From positions 160,001 through 224,000 of the forward strand of contig CAVSHF010000005.1 in NCBI GenBank assembly GCA_963727805.1: 64,000 nucleotides of DNA. Direction: 5' to 3'. A program made the translations under genes and the position numbers. This DNA comes from an uncultured Nitrospiraceae bacterium. GTDB taxonomy: Bacteria; Nitrospirota; Thermodesulfovibrionia; Thermodesulfovibrionales; Dissulfurispiraceae. This document shows, one piece after another, positions 1 to 9,252 of the stretch; the stretch's first letter is position 1; the number at the start of each line of letters is the position of its first letter. A model generated the notes under the pieces. It was not told the DNA's origin. It saw only the letters and a program-made list of their open reading frames with translations, and ran no database searches.

Positions 1-482
1 ATGTCGTTATCCTTCTTGACAGTATAACCAGGCTTGCCCGAGCGTATAACGCCATTACCCCGGCCAGCGGAAAGGTTCTGTCCGGCGGTCTCGATGCAAA
101 TGCATTGCAAAGACCTAAGCGGTTTTTCGGTACAGCAAGAAATATAGAAGAAGGAGGCAGTCTCACGATCATGGCCACATCACTTGTCGATACCGGCAGC
201 AGAATGGACGATGTCATATTTGAAGAATTCAAGGGAACGGGCAACATGGAGTTGCATCTTGACCGCAAGCTCGTTGACAAGAGAATATTCCCCAGCATCG
301 ATATAAACGCCTCCGGCACAAGGAAGGAAGAGCTCCTTGTGGATGCCGACCAACTCAACAAGATGTGGATATTGAGAAAGGTTCTGAACCCTCTGAGTAC
401 CGTGGAAAGCATGGAGTTCCTCCTGAGCAAGTTGAAGGGAGCGAAGAGCAACAAAGACTTCCTCGAAATGATGAACAAATAG
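1..482 (+). CDS. rho: Transcription termination factor Rho (3' part; begins before window)
   Basis: Frame from nt 3 reads [16 protein letters not shown]...[30 protein letters not shown]...[16 protein letters not shown]. Confidence 0.97.
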   Translation, partial: VVILLDSITRLARAYNAITPASGKVLSGGLDANALQRPKRFFGTARNIEEGGSLTIMATSLVDTGSRMDDVIFEEFKGTGNMELHLDRKLVDKRIFPSIDINASGTRKEELLVDADQLNKMWILRKVLNPLSTVESMEFLLSKLKGAKSNKDFLEMMNK

Positions 483-513
483 TGATCTCTTAACTCCTCA
501 GTGTGCTCTGCTT

Positions 514-939
514 ATGAATATTGTTGATGAGAGCCTTTGTTTCGTCTGCGGCAAGGCCAATGAGCGCGGGCTGAAGCTTGCATTCCGCTCTGCGAAGGGC
601 ACGACTTTATCCGAATTTGCTCTCCCGAATGATTTCCAGGGCTATAAGAACATTATTCACGGTGGCATCATAGCAGCCATTCTTGATGAAGCAATGATTC
701 AGGCGGCCATGGCCGAAGGCCACAAGCCGGTGACCGCAGAGATCACCGTGCGATTCAAGCAACCGCTCTCAGCTGGCCGGACGGCGATTGTCGAGGCGGT
801 GGTGACACAAAATGGACCAAGAATAATTAAAGCGCGTTCGCGCATATCCGACAAAACCTCAGGAGTTCTTATCGCTGAAGCGACGGGGAAAATGATACCG
901 CTGAAAGAGTATCCTCAAACTTATTCAGGATCGAAATAA
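514..939 (+). CDS. PaaI/hotdog-fold thioesterase
   Basis: CFVCG..N..GL and QGY..IIHGGIIAAILDEAM motifs. Confidence 0.85.
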   Translation: MNIVDESLCFVCGKANERGLKLAFRSAKGTTLSEFALPNDFQGYKNIIHGGIIAAILDEAMIQAAMAEGHKPVTAEITVRFKQPLSAGRTAIVEAVVTQNGPRIIKARSRISDKTSGVLIAEATGKMIPLKEYPQTYSGSK

Positions 940-1062
940 TATTGCTATCTTGTTCGATCCCGATTTAGCTGAGTCTCTCGCTGATAAAGAACTCCTTTGC
1001 CCGTTATAACCCTAGTCATCCTCCCACTTAAAAAAGAGGCGAAGTGAGGGGGCACGTAAAAA

Positions 1063-1653
1063 CTACCAAACGTAAAACGTGCTCTCACAGGTGTCGCTTG
1101 AAGTCGTCGCTTGGATCGTCGTTCTGACCCTGTACGTTCCCATTTTTGCATCAGAGGGCAGGGACAGCGGCACTGTTGAAGTATACGTTCCTCCCGGCCT
1201 CGATACCGCAACTTCGGGATTACCTATAATCTGCCCCGCGTGAGTGATTTCCCGTTTTTCGATAAGATCGATCTGGGCTTCCCGAAGGAACTCCAAGAAC
1301 CGCATAGGTTGCTTTTAGATCGACTTGAGCGCCAGCTCTTCCGTCAGTCGGATATGTGGAAGTGTCCTTGATCCTGATGGATACGGCCAAGGACTGATAG
1401 TTATACCAACTGTTGGTTATCTTCGGTCCTCTTTTGATCGACCGCATAGTGCCCGCTCGCGCCACCAACAAGTACACCAGCAAGTCCACCAAGGATTGCC
1501 ATTTCAGTCTTTGCCCCGTGACTGCCAGTAGCGATCCGCCAATTACAACAGTTGCCGCGCCGGTCGCGGCCCCCTTATGCTTTTCGGGAATGGAAGCACA
1601 GCCAATGACAAGGAACACCCCGACAACCAATAGAACAAAACCCTTGGTCTCAT
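1063..1653 (-). pseudogene. Frameshifted glycine-zipper lipoprotein gene remnant
   Basis: GGAGGAG SD before ATG at 1653. Lipobox-like VIGC, zipper AILGGLAGVLVGGASGHY and beta-rich C-terminus (GTYRVRTTIQ) lie in different reading frames. Confidence 0.6.
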
Positions 1654-1738
1654 ACGACTCCTCCGGAGCACGTTAAATACACTCACAAAAGAGGACATTA
1701 TTTAAACGCTTTCAGTATACGCCTGCCATGCCATAAAA

Positions 1739-3538
1739 TTATTGACAGGTCCAACACTGTAGGTCATTACGTTCCTGCAACGGGATTTTCACGGTTATCG
1801 TAGTCCCTTTATTCAACTCTCCTCCGATCTCGACCGCTCCGCCCCATGCGAAAACCCTTTCCCTAATACTGCTAAGACCGTATGACTTCGGGTTGTAAAT
1901 GAGCTCCTCCGCTATTCCCACCCCGTTATCTTTCACTTCCATGACAATCCCATCCCGCTTTTTCGTAAAGACCACACTCACTTTTGTCGCCCCCGCATGA
2001 AGTTCGACATTTTTCAGTATTTCCTGGAATATCCTGAAAATGGTCGTCGATAAGTCATGTTCAAGCGAGACCTCTTGAAGGTTGGTGCTCAATTCACATT
2101 CTATTGCCATCCGTTTGCCAAAATCCATCATCTGCCACTTTATCGCTTCGGCAATCCCCATATCGTCAAGCAACCATGGCCGCAATTCAGTGCAAATCCT
2201 CTTGACGGCCTGTATGCTTTCATCGATGATACTATTCATCACTTCGGTCCGCTCAAAGAGCACCGTCTGTTCCTCTTTAAGCTTATGTGACAGTGAGGCC
2301 AGCTCAAGTTTCAAGGCAGCAAGTGGCTGTCCAATTTCATCGTGAACGCGGTGTGCCATCTCTTTTCTCTCGGACTCTCTTACCATTTCGAGATGGGATG
2401 CGAGGTCCCTCAGTTGCTCACGAGAATTACTCAACCATTCCTCTTTCCGTTTATACTCAGTGACATCAGAGATCGAACTCACCAACCCCTTCATCTTGCC
2501 GTATTCATCATAAAAAGGTGCGGTAAGCACCATTGCATGAAATTTCCCTCCATCTCGTCTTAGGAAGGGCAATTCGACCATACCAACCGCTTCCGCTCCC
2601 GCGAGCATGGCATCAAAAATAGCTGCATTGTGTGTCAGTTCTTCTTCCGGCCAATAGGGGAAAGGAGGGCGAATCCCGATAAGCTCATCTTCGCGCCATC
2701 CAACAATGTTGCAAAAACCCTGATTGATATAAAGTTGCCTGCCCTCCATATCGTACGCAACTATCCCCGGTCGAACAGCATCCTCTATTGCTTTGCGGAA
2801 ACTGGCCTCTGTCGTAAATGCCTTCTCAGCCTTCTTCAACTGAGTGATGTCAGACGATATGGAGACAAGTGAAATAGATTGAGCACGATCGTCCCGCAAA
2901 ACCGAATTGCTCAAATACACGGAAAATAATGAGCCGTCTTTCTTCTGTGCCACAATCTCCCCTTCCCAGAAGCCCTCGAACAGGACAGAGGACGACAGTT
3001 CTTCAGCCTCTATCTGGTTATTTCCAGGAAGTATCAACGGGAAAAAAGCTTTTCCTGCCACCTCTGCAGACACCCACTGGAACATTTCTTCTGCGAATTT
3101 ATTCCAGTATTGGATACCGCCATTCATATCGGTAACAACCACAGCATTGCGCACCTGCGCTATAATTGCAGCTTGGAAGAGAGACTGCTCCAGGGCGGTC
3201 TTCGCTTCCTTAACAAGATTGAACATCAGCTTTGCGCTGCACCCGCCGATGATTTCGGGCTGCGGCGCTATGGTCCGGAGAATATCATCTTCAACATCCT
3301 TCTTTCCGGTTAAATTGATGATGATATCTGTTTTTTTCTTCAGGAATTCATGCACGTCCCGACCGGTGGGAATGTTAAGATGCTTTGCGAGTACTATTCC
3401 CTTCGCGGATTCGTTCCTATCGACGACACCCGTGATAGTAATATTACTCTTCTTGGCAAGAAGCTCAAGAAGTGCCGAGCCGCCAACACCGGCACCGATT
3501 ATGAGAATACGTGTCATTTTTCCTCTATCTCTCTTCAC
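1739..3538 (-). CDS. Cytoplasmic sensor histidine kinase: Rossmann-like domain + 2 PAS + HisKA_3/HATPase
   Basis: ILIIGAGVGG N-terminus, two PAS/PAC repeats, ERKEMAHRVHDEIGQ H-box, DNGVG and GTTITVKIP boxes. Start may be 3517. Confidence 0.88.
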   Translation of the reverse strand: MKRDRGKMTRILIIGAGVGGSALLELLAKKSNITITGVVDRNESAKGIVLAKHLNIPTGRDVHEFLKKKTDIIINLTGKKDVEDDILRTIAPQPEIIGGCSAKLMFNLVKEAKTALEQSLFQAAIIAQVRNAVVVTDMNGGIQYWNKFAEEMFQWVSAEVAGKAFFPLILPGNNQIEAEELSSSVLFEGFWEGEIVAQKKDGSLFSVYLSNSVLRDDRAQSISLVSISSDITQLKKAEKAFTTEASFRKAIEDAVRPGIVAYDMEGRQLYINQGFCNIVGWREDELIGIRPPFPYWPEEELTHNAAIFDAMLAGAEAVGMVELPFLRRDGGKFHAMVLTAPFYDEYGKMKGLVSSISDVTEYKRKEEWLSNSREQLRDLASHLEMVRESERKEMAHRVHDEIGQPLAALKLELASLSHKLKEEQTVLFERTEVMNSIIDESIQAVKRICTELRPWLLDDMGIAEAIKWQMMDFGKRMAIECELSTNLQEVSLEHDLSTTIFRIFQEILKNVELHAGATKVSVVFTKKRDGIVMEVKDNGVGIAEELIYNPKSYGLSSIRERVFAWGGAVEIGGELNKGTTITVKIPLQERNDLQCWTCQ

Positions 3539-4145
3539 CTATCGCTCCCGGAATCCCTCCCCAAAAAATTCTGCGAACCTGTTCGAAGAACAAGCTAAAG
3601 GATTCTACAAATCGTTTGCTTATAGTATAGTGAGAGACAGTCGGTCTCACAACCTTGGGAACGATGCCCTATTGCCACTGTGCACTAAATCTGAAGAATT
3701 AATTTGATCCCATTCCGAAAGTTGAGATAACCACTGTCTGCGGACTATTCCAGCTCACCTTGTCAAACCCGAAGTTGACGTTGCTCAACGTAGTAGCATC
3801 AGGCAGGAAGCAATGATTTACCTGCTGAGGTGCTGCCGAATCATTGCTGTGCATGTCGTTGTCAGTACCGTAGTCTATCCAGACTTTGACATAAGCATAA
3901 ATATTTCTAGCTGTACCGCAGACGCCGTACACGCCGTTGCACTGAGAATTTACCCCACTCCTCGTATGGGTCCCGGTTTGGCCGGCTCGACTTCAAGGCT
4001 TGCCGTTATCTTGTTGCTGGACAAAGCCCCTTTTAAGCGAACTCATTTCTATCTATAACAGCGCGTAAGACAGTCATACATAGAACATGACAAACTCAGG
4101 GTTAAACTCTCCTACCAGTTCGACATAGCCCCCGCGTTCACGGTC

Positions 4146-4188
4146 TTGACAAGTTACGGATTTTTTATTTATGTTAGTAAGTACTTAC
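4146..4188 (+). promoter_or_regulatory. Sigma70-type promoter with adjacent palindromic operator
   Basis: TTGACA (4146-4151)-N18-TATGTT (4170-4175); perfect palindrome GTAAGTACTTAC at 4177-4188, upstream of the TetR gene. Confidence 0.65.
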
Positions 4189-4222
4189 AAACTTTGGTTG
4201 TCCTATTCTTTAAAGAGAGGTT

Positions 4223-4843
4223 GTGACTATGTCGGAAGTTCAACAATCAACGAGGGATAGAATACTCGAAACGGCCCTTCATCTTTTCTCGGCAAAGGGC
4301 TATTTAGGCGCAACAACAAAGGAAATTTCGGCTGAGTCGGGCGTTGCCGAGGTAACTCTTTTCAGGCATTTTCCCTCAAAAGAGATTCTCTTTGAAGAGA
4401 TGCTGTCGAAGTATACTTTTCTCCCAGCTCTCAGGGAAATCATGCCATCCATCAAAACATTTCCCTATGAACAGGCGCTGACGAAAATAGCGAAGAAGTT
4501 TCTCGAGACACTTACCCAGAGAAAGGATCTGATAAAAATTATGCATTCCGAAGTTCACACATATCCTGAGAAGATACGTAAAATCTATCACGCTTTCATT
4601 CAAGATATATTTTCGACCTTGGCGGCTTATTTTGATGAATTGCAAAATAACGGGACATTAAAACCCTTTGATTCCATAGTCGGTGCGCGGGCTTTCCTGG
4701 GAATGTTTTTTGCCTATTTCATCTCAGCACATATATTCATGTTCAAAAAATGTCGTCCCGATGAGATGGACCCGCTTATCAGGGAATATGTGCAGTTTTT
4801 CGTGCACGGGACGATACGGGAGGGGACAAAACATCATGGCTAA
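4223..4843 (+). CDS. TetR/AcrR family transcriptional regulator
   Basis: HTH ILETALHLFSAKGYLGATTKEISAESGVAEVTLFRHFPSKE. Confidence 0.95.
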   Translation: MTMSEVQQSTRDRILETALHLFSAKGYLGATTKEISAESGVAEVTLFRHFPSKEILFEEMLSKYTFLPALREIMPSIKTFPYEQALTKIAKKFLETLTQRKDLIKIMHSEVHTYPEKIRKIYHAFIQDIFSTLAAYFDELQNNGTLKPFDSIVGARAFLGMFFAYFISAHIFMFKKCRPDEMDPLIREYVQFFVHGTIREGTKHHG

Positions 4844-5444
4844 TGCCGGAGCAAGAGGCATTTTTTTGGCAAACACAGGGAGCTGCACTTACTTTCTTAC
4901 ATCAAGAACGTGCATATGTGTCTCACTTATTACGTTCTTTATTCTGTCGTTCAGCCTGTCTGGCTGTTCGCAGCAGAAAGCTGCCCCTTCAAAACCAGTG
5001 GTGCCCGTCACAGTTGCAACGGTTGTTCAGAAAGCCATCCCCTACGAGATTCGGGCCATCGGCAACATCGACGCTTTCTCTAACGTAGCGGTGAAAGCAC
5101 AGGTAACGGGACTGCTCGCCAAAATACATTTTAAGGAAGGGCAGTTCGTAAGAAAAGGTGCGCTCCTCTTTACTATCGACGCTCGCCAGCAGCAGGCTGC
5201 TATTCGCCAGGCCGAGGCTGCCCTTATGGGCACGCTACCGATCGCCCTCGGCATAGGCACTGGGGCACAGTCGCGTCGCCCCCTCGGACTGGCGGTTGTG
5301 GGAGGCCTTCTGTTTTCGCAGCTCATAACACTCTATCTGACGCCGGTGGTATACACCTATATGGAGTCATTACAGGGCTGGTTGGCCAAAATGCGGACCC
5401 GTCGCATGGCAAAAAAAATCGCAGCGACAGATGAGATATTATAA
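4836..5444 (+). pseudogene. Chimeric deletion product: RND adaptor (MdtA-like) N-terminus fused to the last two TM helices of an MdtB/C-like RND pump
   Basis: Lipobox LSGC and adaptor motif VKAQVTGLLAKIHFKEGQFVRKGALLFTID join directly to AALMGTLPIALGIGTGAQSRRPLGLAVVGGLLFSQLITLYLTPVVY. Confidence 0.85.
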
Positions 5445-5469
5445 GCAAGCACCTATCCAGGAGGAGTTT

Positions 5470-6876
5470 ATGAATAAGTTTATTTCATTAATCGTATTTG
5501 CGTTCTCTCTCCTGCCACTTGTATCGGGGGCACAGGAGTCGCTTAAAGCCGATGGAGCTATAAGAGTAGGAGATATGTTGACGCTTGACCGATGCATCGA
5601 CATCGCGTTGCAGCAACAGCCAGCTCTTATCGCCTCACAGTATAATATTAGGGCAAGCGAGAGCAGGGTCGGGGAAGCACAGTCGGCATATTATCCACAA
5701 GTAAGCGTGTCGGGAGGCTATAGCAGGATCAAGTCATCTACCGTCAGCTCTAATTCTTCATTATTGAGTGGGGTCGGGAGCTCGGGTGGAGTTGGAAGCT
5801 CGGGTGGAGTTGGAAGCTCGGGTGGAGTTGGAAGCTCGGGTGGAGTTGGGAACTCAGGTGGATCCGGCTCATTTGACCAATATATAGGAAGCGCAACCCT
5901 TTCCCAGACGATTTTCGATTTTGGCAAAACCCCCGCGCAGGTGAGGATACAGAAGCTGAACCTCGATGCGTCCCGTTCAGACTTCGATGCTACACGTTCG
6001 CAGACGATTCTTTCGGTGAAACAGTCTTATTACGGAGTGCTTCAATTCCAAAGAAATGTTGATGTCGCGAGAGAGACGGTCACCCAATTCTCTCAACATC
6101 TCGATCAGGCAAAGGGTTTCTATGAAGTCGGCGTAAAACCGAAATTCGACGTGATCAAGGCTGAAGTGGATTTGAGCAATGCCAAGTTGAATCAAATCAC
6201 TGCAGACAACGCCCTGAGAATCGCCCGTGTTACGCTCAACAATGCCATCGGGCTGCCCGATGCGCCTGAATATGAGATCGTGGATTCCATGAGCTATGCA
6301 AAAAAGGACATCACCCTTCCACAAGCGATCGAAACCGCCTTTAAAAACAGACCTGAACTCCAGGCAACTGATCTCAGGGTCAAGGCTTCGGAGGTATCAA
6401 TCGCACTTGCAAAAACGGGTTATTTCCCCGTTGTCACCGGTAATGCCGCTTATACCCGTTCATCAATAACGGATACCTCTTTTCGAGACGAGGACTGGAC
6501 CGCAGGTGTAACTATCACATTTCCGATCTTCAGTGGCTTTCTTACTCGACATCAAGTCGCTGAATCAACCGCAGTATTTAATGCTGCCAAGGCGAATTTC
6601 GATGTGCTTCGGCAGAATGTAATCCTTGAAGTCCAGCAGGCAGCCTTGAATCTGCGCGCCGCCGTAGACCGCATCCCGACCGCTGAACTTGCAGTTCAAC
6701 AGGCCACCGAAAACCTTGACATCGCCAATGGCCGTTATACTGCAGGAGTAGGGAATCCTATAGAAGTGACCGATGCCGAGGTTACGTATACGAATGCCAA
6801 GACGGCGTATACTCAGGCACTCTATGATTATAACGTGGCCGCAGCGAACCTCGACAAGGCAATGGGGGTAAGATGA
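5470..6876 (+). CDS. TolC family outer-membrane efflux protein
   Basis: SD GGAGGAG before ATG 5470, signal peptide, two OEP repeats (YYPQVSVSG...QTIFDFG; YFPVVTG...FPIFSG). Confidence 0.9.
   Translation: MNKFISLIVFAFSLLPLVSGAQESLKADGAIRVGDMLTLDRCIDIALQQQPALIASQYNIRASESRVGEAQSAYYPQVSVSGGYSRIKSSTVSSNSSLLSGVGSSGGVGSSGGVGSSGGVGSSGGVGNSGGSGSFDQYIGSATLSQTIFDFGKTPAQVRIQKLNLDASRSDFDATRSQTILSVKQSYYGVLQFQRNVDVARETVTQFSQHLDQAKGFYEVGVKPKFDVIKAEVDLSNAKLNQITADNALRIARVTLNNAIGLPDAPEYEIVDSMSYAKKDITLPQAIETAFKNRPELQATDLRVKASEVSIALAKTGYFPVVTGNAAYTRSSITDTSFRDEDWTAGVTITFPIFSGFLTRHQVAESTAVFNAAKANFDVLRQNVILEVQQAALNLRAAVDRIPTAELAVQQATENLDIANGRYTAGVGNPIEVTDAEVTYTNAKTAYTQALYDYNVAAANLDKAMGVR
5779..5862 (+). repeat. In-frame 18-bp tandem repeat (AGCTCGGGTGGAGTTGGA, about 4.7 copies) encoding (SSGGVG)n
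   Basis: Units start at 5779, 5797, 5815, 5833, plus a degenerate partial unit at 5851. Confidence 0.95.
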
Positions 6877-8204
6877 AACGCGTAAAGTTGAAACAGGATA
6901 CAGTCTTATGCATCGCAGCTATCGCCATTGCGGTCACGCTTTACCCTTTTACGGGACATTCCCAGGATACGCCGCAATTACTTTCCCTCTCTGAAGGTAT
7001 CAAGATCGCGACTGAAGAAAGTCGCGTCATGAAGATCGCTGCTTTTAACCGGGATTTGGCGTCGCAGGATATATCGATCGCCCGTTCGCGTTTCTTCCCT
7101 ACAATCAATGCCCAGGCAAATTATACAATGCTGGCGTATCAGCCGGTGGCCATTTTCGGTTCTTTCAGGGCTGCCACTGCGGACAAAGATTATCCATCCT
7201 ATGGAGTAAATGCCCATCAGACCTTATTTGATTTCTGGGCTCGAGAATCGCTCTATGGTGCTTCCAGGGAGTCTCTTGAGTTGACTAAAACGGACATCTT
7301 CAGGACGAAAAACGTCGTAGCCCTCGACTTTGTCACTGCCTACTTCACCCTCCTTGAATTCGACAGAATGGTCGAGGTTGGACAAAGGGAGGTCGAGTCC
7401 CTTGAGTCACACCAGCAGGTGGCGAAGAACCTCTACGATGCCGGCGCGATAACAAAAAACGATCTCCTGCAGGCTGAGGTCCGGCTCTCGGACTCACGGC
7501 AAAGGCTCCTGACACTGAGAAATCAAAGGACTTTCAGTTCATCGAGGATAAATACTATTCTTTCGAGACCCATCACCCTTGAGATCGCTCCGGTAGAAGT
7601 TTCTGAAGACCTTCCCCCCGCGCCTGTTTTTGACAATGTCTGGGAAGCTGCCCTGCTTAAGAGGCCCGAAATTAGGATTGTAGACAAGGAACTGAAGATC
7701 AATGAACTCCAGGAAACAGCCAAGCGGTCTGAGTATTTGCCGACCTTCTTTGCTGACGGCAGCTATAATTATTCAAAAAACGAGTTTATGGTCCACGACG
7801 ACAACTGGTCCCTTGTCCTGGGCCTTAACATAAATATCTTCAATGGTGGGGCCACAAAGGCTGAACTATCGAAGATAAAAATACGTTCGGGACAGATACG
7901 TGAAGAGAAGAATAAACTTCTTGAAGATATCAAGCTCGAAATCGAGCGTTATTACCTGGACGAACGTAATGCACGTGACAATGTGATCGCAACAAAAGAT
8001 GCCATACGCCAAGCCGAGGAAAACCTCCGAATCAACAAGGTCCGCTATGAAGAGGGAGTGGGCACAGCTACCGATGTTTTGGATGCTATAGCGTTGCTCT
8101 CCATGGCCGAAAAAAATTACTACAAGGCCTTATATGATATGCGACGCGCCCACGCAGGTCTTCTCTATTCGACCGGAGAAGATTTAACGCTCGCCTATAA
8201 ATAA
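6873..8204 (+). CDS. Second TolC family outer-membrane efflux protein
   Basis: OEP repeats (FFPTINAQANY...QTLFDF; YLPTFFADG...INIFNGG; RYEEGVGTATDVLDA); overlaps upstream stop. Confidence 0.88.
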   Translation: MKRVKLKQDTVLCIAAIAIAVTLYPFTGHSQDTPQLLSLSEGIKIATEESRVMKIAAFNRDLASQDISIARSRFFPTINAQANYTMLAYQPVAIFGSFRAATADKDYPSYGVNAHQTLFDFWARESLYGASRESLELTKTDIFRTKNVVALDFVTAYFTLLEFDRMVEVGQREVESLESHQQVAKNLYDAGAITKNDLLQAEVRLSDSRQRLLTLRNQRTFSSSRINTILSRPITLEIAPVEVSEDLPPAPVFDNVWEAALLKRPEIRIVDKELKINELQETAKRSEYLPTFFADGSYNYSKNEFMVHDDNWSLVLGLNINIFNGGATKAELSKIKIRSGQIREEKNKLLEDIKLEIERYYLDERNARDNVIATKDAIRQAEENLRINKVRYEEGVGTATDVLDAIALLSMAEKNYYKALYDMRRAHAGLLYSTGEDLTLAYK

Positions 8205-8229
8205 CATCCACTCGCAATGGAGTAATGAA

Positions 8230-9252
8230 ATGGAAGAACCCAAGAAAGAAAACGGCAGTACCAACAAAAAGAAAAAGATCGCTGGCGTCGTTTTTGCTGT
8301 CCTTCTGATTGCCGGAGCAATCACCATATTTTTTTACCTGAGCTACAAGGCAACACATATAAGCACGGACGACGCCTTTGTGGACGGAACGACGTACACC
8401 ATTGCGCCCAAGATATTGGGAACCATTAAAACGGTGTATGTCGTCGATAACCAGCTGGTCAAAAAAGGAGATCTCCTTGTGGAGATCGACCCCGCCGATT
8501 ACGATGCAAAAATGAAAGAAGCTGCCTCATCGGCAGATTCCGAAACTGCCAAAGTCGGCGAGTACAAAGCGAAGGTCAAAGCCGCTCTGGCTCAGCTTGA
8601 GCTTCAGGAAGCGAACCTTCGGCAGGCCGAACTCGATATCCGACGGGCCGAGATACTCTTCAGCAAAGATGCCATCTCGAAAGAGCGCTACGAAAAGACG
8701 AAAACCAGCTATGACGTCACACGGTCGGAATTAAAGGCTGCAGGTCAGCAGTTGCGCCAGGCAGAGTCATCGATAGCTACGCAATCCGCGGTGGCACTGG
8801 AGAAGAAAGCTAAACTGAAGAGCGCGGAACTCAATGTGGGATACACAAAAATATTTGCGCCCGCCGACGGGCTCGTTACCAAAAAAAGTGTCGAAAACGG
8901 AAATCAGGTCCAGCCGGGGCAGCCGCTTCTGGCACTAGTAGCGCTCGATGACATTTGGGTAACAGCCAATTATAAGGAGACACAACTGAAAAAGATACGG
9001 CCCGGGCAGAAGGTCGTGATCAAAGTAGACACCTTTTCGGGAGAGACTTTCTCCGGCAAGGTTGACAGCGTAATGGCTGGCACGGGCGCAGTATTTTCAC
9101 TTTTCCCACCCGAAAATGCGACTGGCAATTATGTCAAGATCGTCCAGAGGATACCAGTCAAGATCATCCTCGATAAAGAGAAAAAGGACAATCCGTCACA
9201 TGTACTCCGTGTCGGCATGTCCGTCGTTCCGACAGTCATCGTCCAAAAATGA
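8230..9252 (+). CDS. emrA: EmrA/HlyD family membrane fusion protein
   Basis: STDDAFVDG, WVTANYKETQL, FSLFPPENATGNYVKIVQRIPV motifs. Confidence 0.9.
   Translation: MEEPKKENGSTNKKKKIAGVVFAVLLIAGAITIFFYLSYKATHISTDDAFVDGTTYTIAPKILGTIKTVYVVDNQLVKKGDLLVEIDPADYDAKMKEAASSADSETAKVGEYKAKVKAALAQLELQEANLRQAELDIRRAEILFSKDAISKERYEKTKTSYDVTRSELKAAGQQLRQAESSIATQSAVALEKKAKLKSAELNVGYTKIFAPADGLVTKKSVENGNQVQPGQPLLALVALDDIWVTANYKETQLKKIRPGQKVVIKVDTFSGETFSGKVDSVMAGTGAVFSLFPPENATGNYVKIVQRIPVKIILDKEKKDNPSHVLRVGMSVVPTVIVQK

Noticed and set aside
3699..4058. Short ORFs between the kinase and tetR
   Set aside because: No convincing start signals or recognisable motif; may be a gene remnant but unsupported
5779..5862. 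CRISPR array
   Set aside because: Head-to-tail 18-bp coding repeat with no spacers and no cas genes
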